63,877 nucleotides of DNA, filler included, from Kipferlia bialata (GCA_003568945.1; 6 parts of 5 records of this genome joined end to end with filler, not necessarily neighbours in it), one strand, 5' to 3'; counted from the whole stretch's first letter, positions 1 to 11,427 are shown. Notes: a model not told the origin generated them from the sequence alone. Made by a program: numbers and translations.

Positions 1-55
<55 letters not shown>
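1..55. repeat. (CT)n-(TA)n compound microsatellite, representative of many intronic (TA)n, (CT)n and (GA)n tracts
   Basis: Direct reading. Confidence 0.95.
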
Positions 56-147
56 CTCACAACCCAGGATCCCTCTCTCTCTCTCCCTCTTCTCTCTCTA
101 TGTACGTGTATATATACATAATTCTTCCTATTTGTCTCACACCCCAG

Positions 148-640
148 GATCCATGCCCTTTGTGACCACTATGCCAGTTACAGGCTCTGCATACAGGTAT
201 AGAAGACACTTCATTAAGTATATTGTCTTCGCACGCAGCTATTGGGATTTAGTATTAAAAGGTAGAGAGACTATTTACTCATTAGGAGTATTGATGTGCA
301 TCAATATAAGGGCATCCTCTACTGATCTCTATGGATCAGATCTCTGGCCTGTACCTCCTAGCCTTTAGACAGACATACACGTATATCAATATATTCGAAT
401 AATATGTATATATATATCGATACTCACCCCTAGGAGCAGATCTCTGGCCTGTACCTCCTTGTGTACAGACAGAAGCTGAGGGTGGATCCATCCACTGAGG
501 GCACAGTGCAGAGGGGACTGAGGTATGCTACCTATATATGTACCTATGTATATATATATATATGTATATATATATATAGTGATACAGGAGAGCTGAGGGT
601 GGACCCATCCACTGAGGGCACAGTGCAACGTGGCCTGAGG

Positions 641-686
<46 letters not shown>

Positions 687-1641
687 GTTATGACACTCTC
701 TTCTTATATACATATATACACGAGAGGCGATGAGGGTGGACCAATTGACATTATTTGTATGCTCTATACATATATGTACTCTACACTATGTATGTGCGCT
801 AACACACAGACTGTGGCGTGAGATTGTGCTGTCCACCCCAGCCATGAGTATTCATACTGAATTCACTATGTATATGTATATGTACTAACTCATATACTCA
901 TACACTTCGGTGTTCTAACATACAGACTTTGGCGTGAGACTGTGCTGTCCAACCCTGCCATCAGTATTCCTACTTATATACACTATATATACTATTCCTC
1001 ATATACTATATATATATTATTCATTGTATATATTGAATTCCATATATACTATATTCACCTCTTACATATAGGCTGTGGCGTGAGATTGTGCTGTCCAACC
1101 CAGCCATCAGTATTCATATATACATACAATATATGCATAATATTCCATATATACTATATATATATTATTCATTGTATATATTGTATTCCATATGTACTAT
1201 ATATTCACCCCTTATTCATAGGCTGTGGCGTGAGATTGTGCTGTCCAACCCTGCCATTAAGTTTATATACACATTCACTGTTTGTACATACCTATTACTA
1301 TTCTGTATACTATTACATATACTGACACCAAGACTATGGCGTGAGATTGTGCTGTCCAACCCTGCCATCAGTGAGCATGTGCTCAAGGCAGCCGCACAGC
1401 ATCTCACGGGGTTACTCTTAGGTGCATTTCCTAGTATGTGTACATACTTATATTGTACCAATGTGTATGTATTATAGTATCAGTGAGCATGTGCTCAAGG
1501 CAGCCGCACAACATCTCACTGGATTGCTTCTGGGTATGTATCTATATATATATTGATGTGTATGTGGTTATGTACTATAGTATCAGTCAGCATGTGCTCA
1601 AGGCAGCGGCACAGCATTTGACTGGGCTCTTACTAGGTTCC

Positions 1642-1679
<38 letters not shown>

Positions 1680-1868
1680 TACCGTACTCACTGTAGATGA
1701 ACGTGAGCCTCTCCCTCTACCCTGGGGTGACACCCTGGTGGCCATGCTCATAGCCACTCTTTCAGTCTCTCTCTCTCTCTCACTCTCTCTCTATTAGTAC
1801 CCTAACTGTAGATGAGCGTGACCCCCTACCCTTACCTTGGGGTGACACACTTGTTGCCATGCTCATAG

Positions 1869-1900
<32 letters not shown>

Positions 1901-4900
1901 CTCACTGTAGACGAGAGAGAGCCCCTACCTCTACCTTGGGGTGACACCCTAGTGGCCATGCTCATAGCCACAGAGAGCAGTGTGGCACTCAATCATGCGG
2001 TGGAGGGGGTGCAGGCTGAGGCTAAGGTATTTATACTAATGTATTTATATATAGAGTGAGAGAATGAGAGGGAGAGAGAGCAGTGTGGCACTCAAGCATG
2101 CAGTGGAAGGAGTACAGGCAGAGGCTAAGGTATATATATATATATATACTATATTATCTCAATAATTACCATTATATAGTTGAGTGTATATTTATTGTAG
2201 GCCCTAACCTCCTACCTGTGAGTCTGGAGGAGTATATATGTAACATACATATATTGCAGCATACTATGTATATGACCTATATTTATCATATCTACTCTCT
2301 CACGCTAGCTCTGGGGCCACTCCCACCTTGACAGGGGGGTGAGTGTGGAGTATATATACATATTATTAGTATATGTTGTATATATATCCAGTATGGGTAT
2401 TCTATATCTTCTGACCACCAGCTCTGGGGCCACTCCCACCTTGACTCCGGTGTCTCTGTCGAGGAGTATACTATCAATATATATATCATATACTCCATAT
2501 CATGTACTCTATCCTCTAACCTCTAGCTCTGGGGCCACTCCCACCTTGACTCCGGTGTCTCTGTCGAGGAGTACATCAACCTGGTCAGTGAGGTCTGTGC
2601 AAGGTATGTATGTATGGAGATATATATGGATATATCTCTATCTGTTAGTTTATGTATATATATATGTATATATTGGTAATGAGTGGAGGAGTACATCAAC
2701 CTGGTCAGTGAGGTCTGTGCTAGGTATGTATGGATAGTGGATATGTCTATTAGTATATAGGTATTTATGAATATAGTCACATTGGTATAGTGTCGAAATA
2801 TTGCAAGACACAATCATCACATAGCTGTGATACTATTTTGTCCCACTCCTAACCCTCTCAGGATCGATGAGCTCCGTACAGGTGCCGAGCCTGAGCTGCC
2901 AGACATGCTGGTGGATGCAGTGCTAGAAGCGTTGATAACAGAGAACAGGTATTGTTAATGAATATGTTGTCATATATATATAGTAATAGTGCTGTGTTAG
3001 CTAATGAATAGTTAATTTATACTCTACTATACTACGAACTGCCAGACATGCTGGTGGATGCAGTGCTGGAGGCATTGATCACTGAGAATANNNNNNNNAG
3101 ACATGCTGGTGGATGCAGTGCTGGAGGCATTGATCACTGAGAATAGGTATATATATACTACATATATATATGTATATATTATGCTGTACTATACATACTA
3201 AACTATACTACGAACTGCCAGACGTGCTGGTGGATGCAGTGTTGGAGGCACTATGAATACATATATATATTATAGGCATAGTGAATGTACGAATATTGAT
3301 GAGTGCTTGATATATCTATATCGATATTCTTATCTCAGAGATAAGATCCTCACTGAGCTCCTCCCCCCTGTCCTCAACACCACCCCTCTCAATGTGCTGG
3401 GGACACTGCTGTTCGACCTGGCACCCAGGCTGCCAGGTACTCTATTATATACATATGTGTAAATACATATACACACATATTCAAGTATATCACATATATA
3501 CGTCTATAGGAAGAGAACATGAATACTCTAACTCTGTCTCTCCCTAAATCACCCTGCAGGCCTCTACTGGTCCATATCAATGCTCATAGTATATATACTA
3601 TATCCACAATTCGTGTCTCTCGCGAAGTAGTATTCTCTTTGTCAATTAGCTACTCACTCTCAGGCCTCTATGACGATGTGGTCCATGTCTAAGCTCTCTC
3701 TCTTTGCATATATACCCATATCTGCCATTCTGTCCAGTATAATAAGATGTATATATGATATATATATGATGTATATATGATATATATGCATATACACCCC
3801 TAACCCCCCAGGCCTCTATGACGATGTGGTGCATGTGGTTGCATCTGCCATGGGGGCATCCCTGGATGAGTGTGTGGAGGTTAGTGCAGTTTCGTATGTA
3901 TTTAGTATGTAGTTTAGTATGTTGTATGTTTATATCATCACTCATACTATATGTGGCATCTGCCATGGGGGCATCCCTGGATGAAATTGTGGAGGTTGGT
4001 ATTTCTGTCGAAAGGAGTTGGTTCTTACATATATATACAAAAATAATAACGATGTGCCTCTATTGTCTCACCCTAGAAGCACTCTGCCATGCCTGTCACA
4101 GATGCCTCTCTATTATTTATATCCATTTATACTCTCTATTGATGTGCATATACAGTATAGTAATCTGTGTTGCACTCTTACCCCTAGAAGCACTCTGCCA
4201 TGCCTGTCACAGACGTTGTAGCACTCTTTGAACAGGTCAACACCATCCTGGAGCACTACACAAAGGTATATATATATATATGTATATATCATTACATATG
4301 TATATATAAGACATGTGAATAGTAATTCGTTGTATTATGAGAGTCAACACCATCCTGGAGCACTACACAAAGGTATATCTGTATATATATATCACTATAT
4401 ATATATAGATGTGAATATGTATATTTTTGAACAGTAATATATTGTATAATGAGTGTCAACACCATCCTGGTAAAGGTGACAATGTATCAAAATTTGTAAT
4501 TTCATGCAACGGTCTACTATATACATTCTAAGAGTCACACGATGTAGTGTACTGATGTGTATAATAGTGATTACTGGTGCACTACACAAAGGTGACATCA
4601 TTCAGTAAGCAGTGTATTGTTACGCCAGAGGTCATATCATAAACACTTAGAATGATTCGCCATTATGTCATACGTGCCCTTCTAGTGTTGCCGCTGACCC
4701 CCAGACCGCCAAGGCTCTCAGGGACCCCAGCTGTCCAGACATAGCAGCCAGTCTGGAGTCAAGGTACAGTGAATATATGGATATATATATGTATACAAAT
4801 AGAGACGGGATATGCACGTATACTATATGGTAATTGGTAACCCAGCTGTCCAGACATAGCAGCCAGTCTGGAGTCAAGGTACGTATATTCATTCGGTTTC

Positions 4901-6183
4901 TCTTGTCTCAGTTCAGTTACTCAGGTTCAATCCAGAACTATGCAGTATACAGATGTACTTGTTTGTTGTGACCATTTTGTGATGTACTCACTTGAAACCA
5001 TCTTTCCCATATATTTCCACTATACATGACCAATGCTACTCACACCAGGATCAATGCCGAGTTTGGCCGCTTTGTTCAGAGGCACCCACCTCTTCCCATA
5101 TACACATCCAGACTGGTGCAGAGGATGATGATTGCCCCATCTGTCAAGGTACTTACAAGTTACACTATGTATCCATAGAGTGTTTGTTGCTGCTTTCACT
5201 ATTGTATGTAACTCATTGTAGGACAAGCTGGGTCTTGAGTCTGCATGGCTATTCCATACAATGTCTACATGAATATTACATTATTACGTATATATATAGT
5301 ATGGGGTAAGTACTAATTGCATATATGTCTCATCGTAGGACAAGCTGGGCCTTGAGTCTACCAGGACTCTGTCAAAATGTAGTATAGTATATATGATATG
5401 AAGTGTTCTCTTTCTCTTTTCCATATTATATATATACAATATATTTACTATCTGACAATAGGACAAGCTGGGTCTTGAAACTGACCTCTTCACTGTAGCA
5501 GCTCAGAACTCTGTCATATTTAGTACATGTGATATTAAGTTTCCTTTCTCTTTTCCATATTATAGATATACTATACATATACTGTCTCACCATAGGACAA
5601 GCTGGGTCTTGAGTCTGCCAAGACCGTTCATTAATATATATATGAAGGATTATGTATATGTGTATATAATATGCAATATATATTTACTATCTCACCACAG
5701 GACAAGCTGGGTCTTGAGTCTGCCAAGGGTCCCCTAGACCACCTTGCTGGACTGCCAGTCAGAATAGCAGCTGGTATGTGTGAATACATTATGCATAAGT
5801 GTATGTATATGCACTATTGTACCGATGTGATCATATAGGACTGCCTGTCAGGATAGCAGCCGGTACATTCTTGAATGTATGGGTATATACTTATGTATGT
5901 ATGTTATATATTCATTCTATATATTCTATCTATTCTTTCTATATATGTAGGACCCTTGACCACCTTGCGTGTCTGCCGGTCAGAATAGTAGCAGTTATAT
6001 ACTCTATTATATATAAGTATATGTGTATGTCTATTTGTACTTCTCTTTATACACATACATAGTATAAGAATAGTGATATAGTGTATATGTAGTATTGACT
6101 CTAGGCCTGCCTGTCTCTGCCCGGGATGACTTCTTCCTTGCACTGTATATATGTATTGTAACTATTCATATATACTGGCATTT

Positions 6184-6229
<46 letters not shown>

Positions 6230-7468
6230 CGAGTGCGACTAATGCTAGGCCTGCCTGTCTCTGCCAGAGATGACTTCTTCCTGGCCCTTGCCTCAGGTCT
6301 CGGTTGCAGGCTGATTAATGGGGTATGATACATATGTATATATAGTGTCTATATGTATCACTAACACTTGACACTTAATCAGAATCCTCGTGTGTGGTGG
6401 ATGCAATTTAGCGCATGTCTTTTGCGTTCAATCTTTACATTGAGACTTAGCAATTTGGCTATGCTGTGTATATACTATTATGAGTCTCACCCTCTAGCAG
6501 TCCAGTGTCACTAGAGAGCGTGACCTTGTGGGTGCGTTTGTGGCAGAGGGACTCAGTGGAAGGTACTCCTATATATAAATATGTATATGTATATATATAT
6601 ATATATCCATGGATATCTAACCCTAAGGTGTGGAGGCCTGGCCGATGTCCTGGCAGCAGATGTCATCACTAGTACTATAGTGTACACATATATACTATTG
6701 TATATATATATAGAGAGAAGGCATATGTGTATATATAGAGTGATATATGGATACACACACATATATATGCAACTACTCATTCCCTCCACTCAGTATGTAG
6801 TTCACTGTAAACATCTAGTACATTCCCACTTTACACTTATCCCCTAGGTTCAGCCAGAAGTTCTACAGGCGCAAGGTAGAGTTTCTCGCAAGGTGAGAGA
6901 AATCTATTGTCAGTGTCTTCTTCTTCCCTATACTCAATTTCATGAGCTAAATAGTATTGTATGCGTATTTGTCCTAAAACCTTCTTACACCAGCATTGGT
7001 ATTCTGTAGTGACTCTGTATACGAATATGTACTTCTCTAATACCAGCATGGGTGTGTGTGAGGTGGCTGCCACCTATGGAGAGGGCAGTACCAATACACA
7101 TATATTTACATATATATATATTCAATGATGCAGTTGTATGAGGACCCCTCTGACTTGTAGTATGGGTGTGTGTGAGGTCGCTGCCACCTATGGGGAGGGC
7201 ATACCCACCACCCTAGTAGTGCCAACGTCATGCTACATGATACTGGCAGCCATACCCCCATCTGGGCCAGTAACTCTCAGCCAGTTGAAGGTAAATATTG
7301 TATGCTCATATATATATATATAAATATATAGTATCAATAGTACACTATATTGCAAATTGGAGCAGGGAGTCAGGGCGGCAGCCCAGCATACATGTTATGT
7401 ACCTTCAACTGACTTAGAGTCACTTGTCCAGCAGTGGGTATGGCTGCCAGTATCATGGAGCATGACAC

Positions 7469-7509
<41 letters not shown>

Positions 7510-8425
7510 ACTTCTCACTCCAGGCTGCCGTCTCCCTCCCCGACCCCCTGCTCCTCCCATATATATATATAATGTATGCATGTATACTATACATATACTA
7601 TATACTATATATATACAAGTATTCACACACCTGATTACCAGGCTGCCGTCTCCCTGCCTGACCCCCTGCTCCTCCCTTCCCTAGCAGCTCTGGCCTCTCA
7701 TGCCCACCCACTTCTACTAGTCCACAAGGGAGGGGAGAGAGGGGAGGCAGTTATCACACACAACAGGGCATTTATACCAGCTGCAAGGGTATGTAACCGT
7801 TTCAATAATCTCAATTGTCTACTCGATTGATGTCTCACGTGACAGGTACATGTCACCATCTCTGAGGATGTTCTCGAGGCTGATATACTGGCCGAGGGAG
7901 AGGCTGATGCCGAGGAGTCCCTGTTCCCCAGTGACCACAGGGCAAAGCTCATACTCTACAAGTAAGTACTATATATGATGTAAAAAGTGGTAAAATATCC
8001 GTACCTAGTATATTTCATGTATGTATGTGTATTATATATATACCCAGCTCAAAGACATGGGCCAGATGCCTGAGGCAGAGCTATACATACACTATAGAAA
8101 TGTATCTGTGTGTGTGGATGTATATTCAATGATACAATATATACATTTAGTACATCATATATATGTAAACTCTGACTCTAGGCACCTCAAGGACGTGGGC
8201 CAGATGCCCGAGTCAGAGCTGCTGGAGTACTGTGTCACGGCTGGGAGGGGGTCAGTCTCTATCGAGGACGCCAAGGTTTGTATCCCAAGTATCTATTCTC
8301 AGTGGATGATGACAAGTATGTATTTGTATACTTCACTCAGCTTTAACTCTCAGGTTGCCCTAGAGCGTGCCTTGAATGTGTTTGACTTTGCCAGAGAGGG
8401 TGTGGACATAGTGTGGGAGGACTAG
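148..8425 (+). CDS. Divergent cullin-family protein (5'-partial, >20 exons, introns inflated by exon echoes)
   Basis: GT-AG exons read manually, e.g. 434-522, 1333-1421, 2527-2603, 6249-6322, 7161-7290, last exon ending TAG at 8425. LPVSARDDFFLALASGLGCRLING-QSSVTRERDLV resembles cullin KDVF..FY...LAKRLL..S.S.D.E. MGVCEVAATY..TTLVVPTSCYMILAAIP..GPVTLSQLK-AAVSLPDPLLLPSLAAL..LL...VITHNRAF resembles the cullin homology domain. The C-terminus (ILYKHLKDVGQMPESELLEYC...VALERAL) resembles the winged-helix domain. Family call by eye. Confidence 0.6.
799..809 (+). promoter_or_regulatory. Fused branch point / 3' splice site CTAACACACAG (general pattern YTNAC-n3-YAG)
   Basis: Same spacing or close variants at many acceptors: ctcacccctag (423-433), ctgaccaccag, ctaacctctag, ttacccctag. 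Confidence 0.7.
810..1636 (+). repeat. Exon-echo array around exon 1333-1421
   Basis: Four upstream copies of acceptor + CTGTGGCGTGAGATTGTGCTGTCCAACCC.GCCAT (810, 925, 1072, 1222) and two downstream copies of ATCAGT.AGCATGTGCTCAAGGCAGC... + GT donor (1479, 1582). Confidence 0.95.
5222..5995 (+). repeat. Exon-echo array around exon 5701-5773
   Basis: ag|GACAAGCTGGGYCTTGA at 5222, 5339, 5462, 5597 and 5701 (intact). Copies of the 3' half lie at ~5838 and ~5951. Confidence 0.93.
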
Positions 8426-8451
8426 AGAGATAGGTCAGATTGGTAGTACTC

Positions 8452-11053
8452 TACACAAGATTGAGGGTGAAGGATGGATGCTCAGGTGTGTGAAAGGTGT
8501 GATGTGTGGGAGATCCAGGGAGAGAGTAGACATATTGTTCGAGGACCAGAGTGTCTGGACTGTGATTCATTGAGAGAGAGGTGAGATGAAAGAGAGGTAG
8601 AAAGCGGTAGTTGCCGTTGAAACTGGCTCACTGAAGTCTCAAAGAGAAAATAGAAAGATGAAGTTCGACTGATAGTCACCGTAAGTATACAGGTCAGTAT
8701 ATATAACCCTGGACCAGGGACTGGTGACATAGACACAGCTGAAAGTCAGCTGCTGAATTACCAACACAGTATACTTTGAATATAGTAAATGTGCATTATA
8801 GTCCCGTTACATGGTGTTAGCCATGTCAATCTATTTCATTGTACGTTCTGCTTATACACCGGAGGTGCGTGGTTGTCCTCAACGATATTGTGTCATGGTG
8901 CACCACTGGTGCATCTGAGACCAGTGGACAAGACTTCTTACTTACTCCTAGGGAGGAGTCTTACCGCCGTGGTAATACCACGGACCCCCTCAGAAGATTA
9001 ATCAACTCAGAGCACAGGTCCTCCAATTCAGGACACCCACACACCTCGCGGCAGCGCTCTGCAAGTGGTGATATACCGATGTGCGACATATGGACTCGAT
9101 TACCTTCTGGGATTAGAAGTGTGAGTCAGTATGAGTGGTCAGTATCAGTATCAGTATGTATGAGTATCATATCTTGATAAATTGAACGCCACAATCGCAC
9201 TACAGGTATATCATACCCAACATATACCTCTACTCTATATATCTCTATGCTGATTATCAATTAGTGAGGTGATACCTATGTAGGCAGCATCTCTGCAGAA
9301 GAGAATGAAAAATCTCATAAAGGAGTCTGTCGCATTGTCTCGTGTCATGTCGTAGACACTCTCATGGCCCCCATATGTAAGTTGACAGGAGACCAGACCT
9401 GCCCTCACAGCGCCTGCCTGCACGATTGCCAGGCATCGCTCTCTGTTGATGTGACCGCATGTGGTGAGTATGAATGCACAAAGTACCTCAAGTGTGAAGT
9501 GTACAGTCACATACCTGGACGGCTCTCCTGCTCACTCACCAGTCGGCGTGTTTCTTCATAGGGTATTTCCGGGGCAGGATAGTGGCAGAGACAGAGTTGC
9601 CATAAAACCTGTAGACAATTGCCAGCCATGGTGGTATTGTCAACATAATGGCACATGATTCTGATGATTTCCCTGAGGTTAACAACTTTGAAGACTCAGT
9701 ACATAGTCACATTGAAAGTAGGGAGCAATATTACAACAATAGACTGCAAGTGACACTCACTCATAGTATGAGTCTGATATTGACACTATGGGATGTTACA
9801 AAATATAGTAATTCTGCATTTACCTGTGACAGCCAATCTCGAACAGATACTGAGCTACATCTTCTGGTGGATTAGCGTACTGTTGCAGAGGTATATTAAG
9901 AGAGAGAATCACAACTAATGACCTATTGATGTATGAAGGGAGTTTGGAGTTGGTCCATGTTGGAACTGATTACACTAACCTGTACAACACTGAGTCTTCT
10001 GCTTTACCAGGCCAACGGCACGGCATAGGTCGCTGTACCATTGTTGTCTGAGGCCATCGACAAGTCTATCCAGTTCGCGTCTGCCAGAAGTGTGTATTTG
10101 TAGTTGTGAAGACCTTCTGTGAACTGGCTCCGGACCATGGGAGAAGTCGGAAATTGGTAGCATGGAGAGAGGGTCAGTCCTTAGCCGTGCCATGTTCATA
10201 ATGAGAGTGACTGCATTGGCTCTAAAGTCAGACCCGACTTCACTGAATTTAGATAGGACTAGTGTTGCAAGGCGTGATATAAGAGAGTCTGGTTGTAGTA
10301 TTTCGATACCGAACGAGTGTAATGTCAAATTGACATGATACAATAAGCACACCTCTCTCTTTGCAGTTGCGGTCGTGATTGCAGTGGTGCTGTTGTCGCA
10401 GAGGACGCAAGACCAGCTATTGGAGGGGTCTCCTCCATTCGTGGAGAGGGCTCTATATCCGCATCCTCCTGATGTAACTGTGCTAGTAAAGGGATTGCAA
10501 TAGTAAGTTGTGTATTGTAGTGTACACGCATACAATACCTCCAAGTACAGAGGATAACACTGGTCGACAGACAGTGCTGTCCTGCACACCGGACACTGAC
10601 TGTGGGTCCTACTGTAGTCCTCTACCTGGTCTAAGGCGAAGCAACACTAATAGTGTTACACTATATATTCATGGTAAAAAGGTCAGATGTTATATGTACA
10701 CAGATTGCTTACAATATATGATTTGAGGATCTCTTGATGTATCACCTGAGTCTCCAGCCACTGGGTGAGACACCTCCTGTGAAAGTGATGGCCGCAAGGG
10801 GTAACAACGACAGAGTCCTCACACGCTGGGTTAGAATTGAGATACAGAGAATCATAACTGTGACGGTTCACTTGACATTGAATAATGTGAAAATGTGTGA
10901 AAATGAGTTCTATGGATCAGTAACTACGCAATACATTGTTTAGTGCACACTGAATACTATACCCAACGATTAACAGAGTCAGAACCTGTACACAGGATAC
11001 ACACATCAATATGGGATGAACGTACAGTCGTGGCAAATACTGCACCAGAGCAT
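8452..11053 (-). CDS. N-terminal RING-H2 finger protein (probable E3 ligase), paralog A; 3' extent approximate
   Basis: Exons 11053-11026, 10825-10746 and from 10625 splice to MLWCSICHDSCEDSVVVTPCGHHFHRRCLTQWLETQVEDYSRTHSQCPVCRTALSVDQCYPLYLE (C-x2-C...C-x-H-x2-H-x2-C...C-x2-C). Further short GT-AG exons continue to about 8.5 kb. Confidence 0.75.
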
Positions 11054-11427
11054 TGTTGGTACTGGCCCACTAGTAGTGGGAGTTGAATGCTTGGAGAGGC
11101 AAGAGGTAATAGGTTGGTAATTGAGATCAAACTAAAGTACGAAGGTTATGAGAGATACCCACCAACACAACTTGCGGGTATATACTCTCATACACCCCTG
11201 ACGTAGGAGTGTCATTACTCGCCAACTGTCTCACACAGAGAAATACTCAGAGACGATGGCAATGTGAGAAGGGTTTCAAATAGGAAGAAGGACATGTTCA
11301 AGAACTGTGTTTCTTGGAGTACTGATGTCTCTACTAGTCGAAGTCACACATACCCAGGATGGCAGTACGAAGTACTATCCTCAAATGTGTTTACTAGCGA
11401 CAACATACATTTGAGCATCTATTCTAA

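Noticed and set aside
386..713. Numerous ORF-track entries rich in YIYIYI, SLSLSL or RERERE
   Set aside because: They are translations of (TA)n/(CT)n/(GA)n tracts or partial exon read-through, not genes.
925..1533. Idea that left and right echoes are alternative mini-exons spliced to each other (CCATCA|gt ... ag|TATCAG or ag|TGAG)
   Set aside because: Both available GT-AG joins shift the reading frame at this locus, and other pivots lack GT/AG.
5222..5730. Regularly spaced ~25-nt repeats resembling a CRISPR array (also 810-1370 and 11476-11797)
   Set aside because: The repeats are copies of a eukaryotic exon start with AG acceptors, the spacers are low-complexity intron DNA, and there are no cas genes.
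8500..8990. PARP-like H-Y-E hints in the 3' part of RING paralog A (WYYHG, CVYVT, EQYVY)
   Set aside because: I could not build a consistent spliced frame linking them; this needs a transcript and an HMM search.
8789..9658. Plus-strand ORFs between the cullin-like and RING genes
   Set aside because: Splice signals fit better on the minus strand as the continuation of RING paralog A.
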